From Ramazzottius varieornatus (Eukaryota > Animalia > Tardigrada): 64,000 bases of DNA. Location of the stretch: the NCBI GenBank assembly GCA_001949185.1, contig BDGG01000011.1, forward strand, positions 202,123 through 266,122, written 5' to 3'. Shown here piece after piece: positions 34,869-46,968 of the stretch (position 1 is the stretch's first letter; every line of letters begins with the position of its first letter). A model generated the notes under the pieces. It saw only the letters and a list, made by a program, of their open reading frames with translations. It made no database searches and was not told the DNA's origin. A program made the position numbers and the translations under genes.

Positions 34869-36510
34869 GCGCCACCTCATGTCAGTATCAGAGAACTGAT
34901 CATTGCGCCCGTTGGAGTAATCGGCTACTAAACGCCAGCTCACATGTTATTATGATTTCAATTGGACTAGTCTTCATCGAGTCTGTTTTCCAAATTAGGT
35001 CCACCCAGCTAGACCTATGGACGGCTTTAAGAACGGCAGCTTTCGCATTCTGATATGCCATATAACGAACCCGTACAACGCCAACTGAAAAATCCGCACA
35101 AGTCCGCGGCAGCCTCCGCAACCGTGTTTTACTGTACTGTATTACCTCCCAAAATTTCCGCACGTCACAGCCATCAATTTCTTTACGGAGTTTGCGTATC
35201 AAATTCAAGCTTTACTGGCTACGTCAGTATGTGACGAAATTTGAAATTTTAAAACTTCCAACCTGGCCTGCTTTGCGCTGTCTGCACTAATTCTTCGGAC
35301 AATTTCTTGGCTTTCTTGTATTTCAAAACACCAATTGAGAATGTTAGAGATAGCAGAACATGGCACAGCTGTTCGTAAAGGCGGCATCTGGTTTTCGGGG
35401 GTGCCTTCGACCGAACAGCTGATTTACCGGCTCACTCAAGTGACGTCAGTGAATCTGGATCCAGCGGACTATCGCAAACTCAGTATATACATTTGAACAG
35501 AAACAACATCTGTGACGTACGGAGATATTGGGAGGTAATTAAGGTTGTGCATTCAAAGTTCAATTCCTTTCCATATTCCGTTCCAAGGGGTGAGGATTTG
35601 AAACGGTGGAATTCCTATTTTGGAAACAGGCGAAATCTGGAGAACTAGTAGGAATTCTGCTGTTTTTCAGATTTTGCAGATGATTAACGGATCACTTAAT
35701 CGAACGTCCCTCTGACCCACAAAAACGGGGGGTTTTAGGGGATGCACGGTCAGATTTTTCGACGTGGCTGTGAATTCTGAGGGTCAGCAGGGATACTTTG
35801 GGCTGAAAAGGCATGGTAAAAGCCTTATTCGAGTAAAAAGTGCAGATCTTGATCGATATTTTCCACGAAGACATGCGTTTTCACAGTGTTTAGAATTCCG
35901 ATTTTCCATCAAAGAATTTTGGAAAAGGAAAATAGGAATATAGGAATACTAGGGATTCCTTTCCTGGTTTCTATTTCAATAGGTAATAAAGTATCGTTCA
36001 GCCTGGACCCCGGTTTCTGCTCGACTTGACCTCGGAGATGTTGTTTGATGAGGTCGAGTTCCACGTGCTATGCTTCGTACAACAAGCAAGATAGAAACCT
36101 TGAAATTTCACCCGGATGTAATTACGCAAGAGTAGAAGTTCCTGCTTCTAGACAAAGAATTTACGTTGCGGCTGCATGCTCACGGGGGATATACCATAGT
36201 GCAACAACAATAGATGTCGACAGGCTTGATTGATTGTTGGTGGTTTCTGTGATTTTACAGATCGGAGGTTTTAATTTAAACTCCGGAAAGAGCTGCCCTC
36301 GAGCAGCTTTTATTGAGATTTTAAATCCGTTTATCTCTTGCACACTTGCTTTACATACTCTTTCTACTCTCTATTACACCAATTACACTTACAGCTTTCG
36401 TCGTTTTTACGTCTGGTTCTCTTCTGCTGTTCTCCAACTGATCTGTAGTCTCTGTTCCTCTGGAATCTGTACAGATTTAGTACTCAGGATATCATGTAAA
36501 CGTGCTGACT

Positions 36511-37115
36511 ATGGGGCGACGCAATAAAATCCCTACCGCGGCTGAGACGAGCCAGCCACTACCTAAGAAGTCCCGCCAACAGCTTACTGCCGACTTACCA
36601 TCGCAAACCTCAGCTCACGAGCCTCGCACTCATGGACTATGGTCGACTGAGCAGGAAGGACAGCTTATTGAATGGCTTGAAGATCCTGCTGAATACGCGC
36701 TGTACAAAGGCGCCGGGAAGAAGAATAACCTGACGGGAAAGCTCAAGACTACAGGAACAACAAAGGCCGCGGTCTACCGTAAGATTTCAGTTTACTACTC
36801 CAAAGTCAGCTGTGCGTTCTATCGAGCGGAAGACGGCAGGAAATCCCGACACGAAGCATCAGAAACCGGTTAGTATTGCCGAAGCTTTACAGATTGGGGC
36901 AAAGGCTCTTTCGGAGAAGACTGATGCTGGAAAAGAAAAAACTAGAGCAAGCGCAACAGAACGTTGAAGCCGACCGAGAGGAACGTCGACTACAAAGACA
37001 ATTTGAGACGGAAGAAAAAGAAAAAGAACGAGAAGAAAGAAAAGAAATCCGCGAAAATGGGTTGAAAATATTAGCACTGCAAAATGAACTAGCGAAAATT
37101 ATTTTGACCAAATGA
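36511..37115 (+). pseudogene. Accessory (Myb/SANT-like + coiled-coil) ORF of the Harbinger element, broken near 36870
   Basis: WSTEQEGQLIEWLEDP..Y helical motif, then a frame break, then a charged coiled coil EERRLQRQFETEEKEKEREERK. Lies inside the TIRs, tail-to-tail with the transposase. Confidence 0.65.
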
Positions 37116-37119
37116 AAAC

Positions 37120-38402
37120 CTATCTCTGCCTTCTGATGTTCAAGACTCTTTCCTTCACGCTGTCTCGGAAACTTTTCCCATCGGTTGTTGCACACTGTTG
37201 CGGCGAGTCTGATGTGATATGCTCTCGATACTTTGTCCAGCTGCTGTCAAAATAGCTGTCTTTGAGTAACATATTATGCAGCAGAAGGCAAGCTTTGATC
37301 CACCTGACAGCTCTTTCATGGGTTTTTTTGTCGAAAATCTTGATTCTGAGAGACTGTAGAGGAGGGAAGCGACCTTTCAAAATTCCTATGGTATGCTCAA
37401 CTCGAATTCGTATGGACGCAAGGTGAAAATTGAACTGCTCGTTATCTGCCACCAGTGAGGAAGGTCTCTTGTATGATGATACGGCAACGGCCGACGTGGT
37501 GTAGGCGCTATCAGCCAGCAGGTACTCGCCAGGTGTGAAGAGCTTCGAAGTCAAACTTGCCAGACGAGAGTTACTGTAGACCCTCATGTCATGAACCGAG
37601 CCGCAGAAACCAACGAAAACGTAACGGATCTTACGTTTATCGTCAGAAACAATCACAGCCGATATTCCGTAACGGCTCTTATGGCTCCAGTAGTCTTCTC
37701 CGTCTTTCTTCGGCTTGTACTCCAGTGGGATCAGCGTGCCGTCCAGCATTCCGACACAGTCAGGAAATCCCGAATCAGCCAGAATACGTGCCTGTTGCAG
37801 AAAAAAATCATGAGTAGAAACAAAAACTTTCAGAATTATGAAACGATAAATGTACGTACTTTGATGGAGGTCCTTTCGTTTTTGTTCGGTCAGGTCACCT
37901 CGCTTGTCTCTAACGATAGTAAAGCTTTAATGCACCTGGAAGTACATAGATCAACGAATCCCTCTGAAACACCGAAGCGCCTAGCTATCTTTCCCAGCGA
38001 CGCAGAGCTCCCCGAGCTTCCGAAACAATAAGCGGTGATCATAAGTTGCAGTCGTGGGTCAGCTTGAGGTGTTTTTCTATGCTGATGAAACACGTTGCGG
38101 TCGCTGATTCTTCCCAGAGTCCTCTCGAACGCGTCTCGGGACATCCTGACTTCTTGTTTGAAGCGTTCGTCATCAAGTAATGGAAGTACATACTGGACAG
38201 AGTGGGTGCTCTTGAGGACTTCGGGTCGGTGAAGATATCGAGTGGCGCAAATAAGTTGTAGCAGCACGGTCGCGATGTCTGCTCCATCCTCCTCCTCATC
38301 CGCTTCGGCAAGATCTAGGTTCAGCTTCATGAGTTTCCGTCCGACCACCCATTCTTCTAGATCACTGATGAGACGCTTTCTTTCAGAAGGGATTGGCATC
38401 AT
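37120..38402 (-). pseudogene. HARBI1-like DDE transposase; exons 38402-37860, 37791-37120; premature TGA at 37892-37890
   Basis: FKQEVRMSR..F, HTH region IARRFGVSEGFV, FPDCVGMLDGTLIP, GSVHDMRVY, YLLADSAY, RIRVEHTIGILKGRF and LLHN. 68-nt GT-AG intron. TGA sits at the Trp of the conserved WP motif. Confidence 0.9.
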
Positions 38403-38922
38403 GTACCGTAGAACAGTATAAGTCGAACGGAATAAAGAGCAGCGACAAATAGAAACAGAAAGATTGCCAATTTACTCGACAAAGAAGACAGCCCGATAAT
38501 CAAGGTTTTGCGTAAATTGGAACTTTGGTACACTCACGCTTGAATTCCGAATATTACGTGATTTTACTCACTAAATCATCCAATCACGGAATGAACCGAT
38601 TTAAGAAGCCAAGCCTGTCGACACCTAATACACGGAAGTCATCTGCTTCCAATTTTACGTGCGTTTTCGGAAGACACAGCCACAAGTCCACCTTACTACT
38701 TAAGCGGTGAGGAAACGATGCTGGAAACTTTGTGTAGTTTCGACTCCCATACTTCCCTCAATACAGCAGGTCCTGTCAAGTGTCATCCGGGTTGAAGTTA
38801 TCACCTTAGCCTTATATTATGTGGCAGCAGGAGTCGGCGCTTCCGGAAGTTGAGGGAGGAGGGAGCTTGATTTGAGTGGAGCGACCCTCTTCAAGCGCTT
38901 TGGCGGACATCAAGAAATTCTA

Positions 38923-40212
38923 CAGCCACTGGCAGCCAAGTGTTCACTTTTCAAAACGCGACTCAAAACAAAAATCCCTGTACCTATTGCGCAACCATCT
39001 CAGCTAATCAATCAAAAAACGATCCTTCCATTATCGTTTGAACAACTTTTCCAAGAACAATCTTTCAACATGCCTGGAAAAACTTCTTTTGAAACATCTT
39101 CCTTGGTGATCGCTTTACGCGATCAAGGTTTCACCTACCCTAAAATTTCTGAGAGTCTTGCCAGCCAAGGGGTTTCACTGAGTCGTCGCACAGTGCTCAA
39201 GATTTGCCGGGAGAAAGAAAAGGAGAGAAATGGATGGACCAAACCGGCGAAACGTCTTCCTCCGCAAAACCTTCCCTCTGCATGCACCCAGGACAATGTC
39301 AACAAAGTCAAGAAAGCTGTCGTCAAGAAGAATCCTGACTCGCTACAGAAGATTGCTAAGAAGCTCCAAGTATCCATCCGCAGTGTAGGCCGGATGATCC
39401 ACCAGAATCTTGGATTGGAAGTGCGCAAGAAGAGGAAACTGCATCACCTCACGGAAGCCCAGAAGAAACAGAGGTATGAGCGGGGGAAGCTTTTTATCTC
39501 GTATCTAGGTCCATTCAAAGTCCGTCATATCTTCACTATGGACGAGACTTGGATAAGTCTTGATGACTGCAATGTGGATACAGATCACTTTTGGACTGAT
39601 GGATCGGCAGAAATTCCTGAAGAGTGGAAGAAAAAGACGACCAAGCAGTGGCCCAAGAAAGTCATGATCGCCATTAGAATCTGCTGGTTCGGAATGTCGC
39701 GCGCCTACGTCGTAAACGGCTCTGCCAAGGTGACAGCCCAGTACTTCATTGATGAAATCCTGTCGAAGATGATCCATGAAGACATTCCCAGGCTCTACGG
39801 GAATTCGGCGAAAGATGTCATCTTCCACATGGACAGTGCTCCATCTCACACGGCCAAGCTGACCATCCAGTACCTCAATGATCATCGTGTCAAGTATATT
39901 CCGAAGGAGATTTGGATGGCGAACAGCCCTGACTTAGCCCCTTTGGACTACGGGATCAACGGGAATCTCAAGAGAATTTTGTCTGAGCGGAAGGCGACCA
40001 CCATAAAAGGCCTCATTAGCGTTATCAAAAAAGTCGGTGAAAGTTATGATATCGCTGAAATTCGGAGTACGCTTTCCTCTTGGCAAGGTCGTGTCCAAAC
40101 GATGCTGGATAGACACGGTGGTCATGTAGAAGTTAAATGAAGAGGTTATCTGCTGTCTGAAAGAAGTAAGAATTTTTTTCATGAGAAGTGAACACTTGGC
40201 TGCCAGTGGCTG
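38923..40212 (+). mobile_element. Intact Tc1/mariner-superfamily transposon, DD37D (maT-type), 1290 bp
   Basis: 27-bp perfect TIR CAGCCACTGGCAGCCAAGTGTTCACTT and TA TSD (38921-22, 40213-14). Confidence 0.95.
39070..40140 (+). CDS. DD37D transposase, 356 aa
   Basis: N-terminal HTH regions; catalytic MDETW, FHMDSAPSH and SPDLAPLDY, with 37 residues counted between the 2nd and 3rd Asp. The true start is the ATG at 39070 inside the TIR, not the TTG at 38872. Confidence 0.93.
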   Translation: MPGKTSFETSSLVIALRDQGFTYPKISESLASQGVSLSRRTVLKICREKEKERNGWTKPAKRLPPQNLPSACTQDNVNKVKKAVVKKNPDSLQKIAKKLQVSIRSVGRMIHQNLGLEVRKKRKLHHLTEAQKKQRYERGKLFISYLGPFKVRHIFTMDETWISLDDCNVDTDHFWTDGSAEIPEEWKKKTTKQWPKKVMIAIRICWFGMSRAYVVNGSAKVTAQYFIDEILSKMIHEDIPRLYGNSAKDVIFHMDSAPSHTAKLTIQYLNDHRVKYIPKEIWMANSPDLAPLDYGINGNLKRILSERKATTIKGLISVIKKVGESYDIAEIRSTLSSWQGRVQTMLDRHGGHVEVK

Positions 40213-41265
40213 TACCTAAGACTTCTGATGACAGAAAATATCATCACTGATCCTTCATACCACAACTGCGTCGACTGGATGGATGTCAGTGATGATGTCT
40301 TGGCAGGTTATTACTTTTGTCAGGCGGCTACCAACGTTACCGTTTCCTTGAGCAACTTTGCGTGTGAGTATGTGGGCCTTTGTCCCCGGGGCCGGAGCTT
40401 TTCCGAAGTGGCGCAGGCTCTGAGCCAGTAACAAAGTAACGTCTGCCACCTGAAATAATGATCTCCGTGTGCTTAGCTGTCCACGGTCCCATCGGCGTAG
40501 TTTCCGACCTATTATTCAGTACTGATGCAGCTTGGTTTCTCGGGTGTGTTCGTAGACTGACGAACACGGTGCCGCAGAACTGGCAACGCAGCTTCGCAAG
40601 TTAGTTATGATAGAGATGGGACAAGTGTGGTCAAGTTAGGTTTGGTATATTTCGATTTGATAAATCCTCAAACCGAATCGAAAATTTCGGTGCGAAGTCC
40701 ATACCGATATTTTCAGTTTGGTAAGTTGCTGCACCGAAATTTCGATTCATTGGACCAATTGACACTGAAAAATCGGTAAACTGAAAAATGTAAAGTTTCT
40801 ATTAATAAAGGAAGGTGGTGTCTATGCGCCGTTATTCTTAGTCTTCTTGTATGTATTAGGGTAAAATTTCGTACGTATTTTATACGTATTTGGTTTGTAT
40901 ATTTTATGTTTTATAGGTACTGTTGTACGAGTATTGTGTACGCCGAGTTCTCTTGTGACCTTGTGAAGGTAGTATACTTTGGAGGGCAGATGAATGACCT
41001 TGATCTGTGGGGTGTTAGCGTTCGAGTGGTGTACGCTTAGATTATTGTTTCGGGAGAGCTTCCGTGTCTTGGAAAAGCAGTTCGGGTGAACTCGTTCGCT
41101 GAGTGTTGCACGGTTTCATTGCAGTTGGCGGAGAACGTGTGCTATTGTTGGAATCGATATAGGTGAAGTGATTGCTGATGTATCAAGTACAGAGTTTAAG
41201 AAGGCCGGCATACGTTCCATAACTTCCATTCACGTAAAACTCTTTGCAGTATGGAGAGTCTTAAT

Positions 41266-41588
41266 AGGCACCTTGTGTGCCAGCCAGAATTTCACTACGA
41301 ACGTTCAAATTTCACGTCGCGCAGTGAGTCATCTGCGAGCGCGACATAAATTACGTTGGGCGCGCTTCGTGACGGTGACAAAATCACGACGAAGACCCTG
41401 CTCCACCGTCACGTTGAGATTTCACAACGACGACTGTTTTGCCAATAGTCACATGTCGTAAGTTTTACCGTTCGTCGTGTACTACTCCCAAGACGAAATC
41501 TCTCCTCACGTCGACGAAGAAAACTTAAATTCCCCACCGTGAGATGACGACTTTCGTAGTAATTTTCTCGGTGGCGCGCAAGGTACCT
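41266..41588. mobile_element. MITE with AG..CT termini and AAT TSD (Pangu/PHIS-like), 323 bp
   Basis: AGGCACCTTGTGTGCCAGCCAGAATTTCACTACGAA versus the reverse complement of the right end, AGGTACCTTGCGCGCCACCGAGAAAATTACTACGAA. AAT at 41263-65 and 41589-91. Confidence 0.75.
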
Positions 41589-44090
41589 AATAAGCGGAAG
41601 GTATCGCGAACTGCTATCGGCAGATGAAACCGTGCTCTCTTGTTGGAAGATAACTCAGCGTTACCCTGTTCTTGTAGTGCAACTTCCTGGCTCAGATGCT
41701 GGTCTGTTGGAATACGTTGAAATAGAACAATTTATATTAGATCTTTTAATATGAAATAGCCGTTTCTTGGGATCGCACTTCAAAACTTCGTTTCTGCGTT
41801 GTAATACGACTTTCGAAATTCGGCTTTATGTCCAACTTCAACAGCAAAGTCCCCTTGTTTTTTCACCACCAAAGTGTTCTCACAGCACTGAGAGGCGATC
41901 TCAGAACAACAATGACACAGTTTAAACCAGTGCCTTTTCACGAATTCTTTCTTGCGCCGACAGCTACGCTACCGCAGTAGCAGCAGGCGAGACTCTGAGC
42001 TATCAATAACAGAAAATAAAGCTAGGAGAAAGGCCTTTGGGATATCGGAAAACAAGAAATTGTGAAAAACGGGGTGGTTTTTTGTCGACAACAACGTGCG
42101 CCACTTTAGCGAGGTAGAAAGGTTTTCATTCTCGCGGATATTGGGTTATGTTTTGATATGGGTTGGTTCGGCATTCAATAATGACGAGGTTACTCATAAA
42201 CTGGAGATGTGAAGAGATGGGTAGTTTCATAGTATCGTGGTGAAGAGATTAAGATTCAAAGATTTTCGGAAGAGAGTTCGAGAAGATTTTAGAGGAGAGT
42301 AACTGGAGTTCTTGCAACTACTGTATTCCCCCGATATCTTCGCGGAACTGATACCCATGGCGCCACCTACGAAACGTACATGACGTACGGCGAATAGGCG
42401 CGTATGTATGAATGGCTTACGTCCTGCAGGTGGCGCCACGAGTAACGGGGTTCGTGAAGATATCGGGGGAATACAGTAATCGGCGACCCATTCCTTCGGT
42501 TCGGTGGTTGGAGTGTCGTGATTGTAGCACCACATGAGTTTAGATGGGATGCCCTCGAGGTTGTATAAAGGTTCCTGAATTCGTAGTCCGGTGATAACCA
42601 GGACCTGATGTTCAAATTTGTCTTTGGTGAAGACAATAGCCTATAACGAGGGAGTCATTAGATGTATTGTGGGACCTGGAACTAAAGTGTAACGTACTGA
42701 TGACCATGGAGGGTTAATGTACGTCTTTCATCCAAGGCTTCTTCGCGCACAGATATTTGACGGTATTCCTGTCCTCTAATTTGGCGGTTCAAATTTTCGA
42801 CGTTAGCAAAGACGATAGAGACGTTTTTAATGAAAAGAATCTGTACCTGTATACGGTCATGTCGGTGCTCGAATTGGGAATGTGATTTGGTCTGGCGCCG
42901 GGGTTGCAATGTTGGGTTACAGTTTATAAGATGGTCCTAACTTTACAACCTCGACCTACGCCGGCTAACTTTACAATATCGGCCTTGTACTAACCTCTCC
43001 TGCGGCGTAGCTATGAAGCGGCCATGTGTTAATGAGATTGTCCCAGACCATCATGTTCATGGAATCCGTTTCATCTGTAAAAAGGAAACGGAAGGCTTGT
43101 TTGCCGCCGGCATTGGGTCGGTTGAACGGACCGCTCATTTGAATTTGGAGGTCGATATCACTAGAATGACCAGGATCTACTGTATATGATTAGGGATTTG
43201 CATTGTGGGGGTTTAAATTTTTTGAATGCCTTACCCAGGCTTATTGCTTATGGACGCCATGCTCACCAAAATCGCACTATCGCGCTATGCTCACCAAAAC
43301 TGCGCTCATCTTTGTCGTGCTAACGTTAAGAACTTTTCCGACGAACAAACATAGATAGAATAGTCTTTTATAAACATGATGAACCGTTTTAAAGAATTTT
43401 CTGACGGTCACCGAATTTATTTCAAGGTTTGGAGATGCGGCCTACTGTAGTTCGGTCTGTGTGGGGGCTGTGGATACCAGGCACAGTTGGCCCACATCAT
43501 TCCGCGTGCTCTGTCGTCTCTTGCGCTGTTTATCAAGAGACGAAATTCAAAATGGATTTTACTGGTTCGACCAGTTCTGAACTCTGACTAAACAAAATAT
43601 GGTGGTCTCATTGCTTTCAGAGTAGGATCATATACATGAAAACGTTGATGTCTCAACGGATTTCCAACAGCGTTGTATTAAACTCCACCATAATCTCTCT
43701 GCTTTGAAATCAGGTGTGGTAAGGAACTCACGATCTTGAAATCCATTTCAAAAGTCTCATGCAGAGTTCTTCGAAATGATTATCGAGAGTACTCCAAAAC
43801 CAAGGCTGGGTTTCTGACTGAAAATTCGATTTACTGTGACTCGTTTGGCACGACGCGAAAATCAAACCCTAAATCTTTGCTCAAAATTGATAGGACCGAT
43901 AGAGGCCAATCACCCCCCCCTCCCCCCAATAACGACGATTTTTCACTTTATTGCGAGATTATAGTTTACGAAACAGCGTAGAACTGGACACGTGTTGGAT
44001 GAACCTCTAAGCAATAGTTAAGCAATATACCGTATTTAAATAAATAGAGGATATTTGTTGGAAAATAAACATCACTGAACCTTGCGCAGA

Positions 44091-44777
44091 CTAGGGCGGA
44101 AATTTTCGACATGTTAGACCACAAGTTAATGGAGAAATCATTCCGTTGTAGTTGAACGAACATCCAGACGGTGGAGCTCCCCTAGCGCAAAGGCATCTTT
44201 GAATAATTGTGCCACTGTTGGGCTCGCAGTTTATGATCCCCAGGCAGTCAATTGGACATGTCAACGGAGATGCTTCTCCGGCGCCGTTGAACGAGCAGTT
44301 TTTCTGCAGATCTGCAATTCTGTTGGTCACACAAGCTTCAATCTGGGCGTTCAACGCATCCGTAGGTGAAACGGTTATCGGCATCGGGATGGGGGCAGCA
44401 GTGGTAGTAGAGGTGGGAGTCTGCGTGACCGGCTGGTCGCACACCAGCAAACAGTAAAGAAGTCCTCCCGTGAGTGGGTCAATCAATGGCTGCAACCGAC
44501 AACCAATAGGCGCTAGTCCGCAAGTGGTGTTGGGGGCCGATGTAGGTGATGCAGTCGGATTGCCGGTAGTGGAACCGGTGGGGGCGGCAGTGTAGTAACC
44601 GCCTCCATTACCGCTATTTCCATACGAACCCGAGTTTGAGCCATACGAGCCCGAACTCGAACCGTACGAGCTGGAGCCAGAATTCGAGCTGTACGAGCCA
44701 TATCCAGAGTTCGGGCCATACTGGGCAAACACGGGTAAGAAAACGGTAAAGTAGACTAATACTAAAGTCCAAAGCAT
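44091..44777 (-). CDS. Novel secreted protein, 228 aa: signal peptide, Gly/Ser/Tyr low-complexity region, Thr/Pro linkers and Cys-rich modules (14 Cys)
   Basis: Single-exon ORF. MLWTLVLVYFTVFLPVFA-Q signal, GSYG/SSYG repeats, and the internal repeat CSFNGAGEASPLTCPIDC / CSFNYNGMISPLTCGLTC. Confidence 0.85.
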   Translation of the reverse strand: MLWTLVLVYFTVFLPVFAQYGPNSGYGSYSSNSGSSSYGSSSGSYGSNSGSYGNSGNGGGYYTAAPTGSTTGNPTASPTSAPNTTCGLAPIGCRLQPLIDPLTGGLLYCLLVCDQPVTQTPTSTTTAAPIPMPITVSPTDALNAQIEACVTNRIADLQKNCSFNGAGEASPLTCPIDCLGIINCEPNSGTIIQRCLCARGAPPSGCSFNYNGMISPLTCGLTCRKFPP

Positions 44778-45878
44778 GTTAGTAGCTACAGTATCCTAAC
44801 AGTTGACGTGCTGCAGCATTGGCAGTAAACCTTGTCAAAATGATCGGTAATTTCGTTGTCGCCTTTTATGCACAATTACTTGCGTACTATCGCGTTACAA
44901 ATTCAAGCTGTGTTAAAACATCTTTTAAGGTAAAAGAACTTTAACGGACTTCGAAACAATAAAACTATGACTTATTTTGTGTGTTATTATGTCAGAAAAA
45001 ACACCACAGTTTGTTCAACCTTAACTGTTTGCCTAACACCTGGGATAGTCATTATCTCACGACCCAGGTCGCATACAGTATTGTTCTATCTTGATCGTGG
45101 CGCAATGACGAACGAAGTTATCCATAAGACGAAGAAGAAGTAGCAACGATAAACTTGAAACAAAACGTTACATTGTCTCGCATTTCCAAAAGTATACTCA
45201 TGATATAAGTACGGTAAGATTCATGGTCTGAAATTTCACGTGAGATCGCGCTCGATCGTTGTCCGCTGCGGACCGTTCACCTGTGGACATGGTTATGATC
45301 AGTTTCATACGCAGTGTGCGAGATGTTGAGTACTCGTATCGCTGTATTTGCAACTGTGTCGAGCCGGATATAAATTTTTGTACGAGGAGCAAGGTCTTAC
45401 TTTGCTCAGTGTAAAGCTTTGCTCACTTTACGTCACGAGCTATGTGTAGGCGTCTTAGGCTTCGTGACGCAGGCATGACGTACTTGACCAAAGTAATGCA
45501 GCGATTTCACTCCTCGTAACTGACGCGTTTTTGCTCATTACAAACATCTTCCATTACCACAACTGTGAAAAACCATCACGGAAAAAGTTATTTTGGGAGA
45601 AGCAGCAATCTCCTGATCCATTAAGTATTATTCGTTCAGTATTATTATTCAACGCAGGACGGCCGTAGCCCTCTACGGGAATATTACAGAGATTACTGTA
45701 CATATATAATTTTCGGAGTTTTTGTGCTTCTTCCTGGTTACCCCACGCACCGCATTTCCGGGTCTTCCGTTCAAACCAACTTACGTTTCAATCAACTGAA
45801 AGTTCTGTCGCGTTATCGCTCATGTCGGACGCGGTGTATTCCGCACTTTCTTTAATTTACGTAAAGCCATATAGAAGT

Positions 45879-46024
45879 CATTAAGGAAAGCTACTACGGA
45901 CTTCCGACAAGAGCTCCTAAATGAGTAATTCCACTTTTCATATCATAACAGACCCGAAATGACCAAAAGTAGAATCACTCATTACGGAGCTCTTGTCAGA
46001 AGTCCGTAATGGCTCTCTGTAATG
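45879..46024. repeat. Foldback hairpin (~145 bp)
   Basis: TACGGACTTCCGACAAGAGCTCC..AATGAGTAATTCCACTTTT pairs with AAAAGTAGAATCACTCATT..GGAGCTCTTGTCAGAAGTCCGTA. Confidence 0.8.
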
Positions 46025-46968
46025 AAGTGGAATCGATGCACAAGACCTTGCTCCTCGTACTGCGTACTGCATGTTTCGATATATCATATCCGATGCTTGG
46101 TGGGATACAGCCGCTGAAATCTCTTGCTTCTAGAACGTAACGAGAAGCTCTATACAACAAAAATAACCATAACGAAACGTACTCAGTTGTATACCACTTT
46201 GTTGTCGAGACGATGGACGACAGATCCCTAAGGAAGCCGAAAGCCGTGGGGAAGAAAGTGGTGTGGGTCGTTGAACGAAAGAACCCCGTCGAAAGTTGAG
46301 AGGAGGAAGAGAAAGCGTAAACTTAATAATGATCACGGCAGAGTGCAGTATCATTCGGTTACGATGGCGCCCAAACGCGTCAATCATAGCACGCATTGAA
46401 CGGAGAAGAAGGAAGAAGGACGAAGGGGCCGTCTGGATCTGGATGGACCGAAGGGGATGCCTTATAAGTTAGGTCAATTGCCTGGTGGAAAAAAAGCGGA
46501 TTTGTGGGTAGATCGGCTCTCTTTACCAGAGCCGCCGCTCGAAAGAGCAGTGGCGGAGTTTTTATTGATTTCGATCATCGTAAGAGGCAATTTTCGGGCA
46601 TTCAGGGTTAGTGTACGCGGGTCAAAAAGCCGCTCGACTGATCGTCGAGTAAAACGCACCCAGTGGCACTATCTAGACCCACAGTATTGGCCTGTCGGAT
46701 CATGAGCGAACACTACTGTTCATGGCAGTGACTGCTATGTGCTACATATACTTTAGCGTTTACATCAGCGCGTTCTTCTGCTGTACTGTGCAACGATACG
46801 AAAAATTGAATCTTTTCTCTCTTAACTTTTTGTTATTGTTGTGAAGGCATATAGTTTTACCGGAAGTGGACAAATATGTCATATGGCATCACCATAAGAT
46901 TTCACGCATTTACCATTCGTTTCTTCGGAATTACAGTATTGGCCTGTCGGAATTTTGATGAATAATAT

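Larger units (their letters stand above)
36212..38626. mobile_element. Full-length two-ORF PIF/Harbinger (PHIS superfamily, Pangu-like) transposon, 2415 bp
   Basis: 17-bp TIR AGATGTCGACAGGCTTG / CAAGCCTGTCGACACCT (16/17). AAT on both sides (36209-11, 38627-29). Convergent accessory ORF and DDE transposase. Confidence 0.88.

Noticed and set aside
35530-35985. TTCC/GGAA-rich segment resembling transposon subterminal repeats
   Set aside because: Termini and TSD could not be defined.
37890-37892. In-frame TGA in the Harbinger transposase as selenocysteine or programmed readthrough
   Set aside because: It aligns to a conserved Trp (WP motif); a simple TGG->TGA transition is more parsimonious, and ORF2 is also broken.
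38872-39069. N-terminal 66 aa of the 422-aa ORF
   Set aside because: It begins outside the TIR at a TTG; the eukaryotic start is the ATG at 39070.
40611-40800. TAGAGATG followed by CCGAA/TTCGG repeats, like a hAT left end
   Set aside because: No matching right terminus or TSD found.
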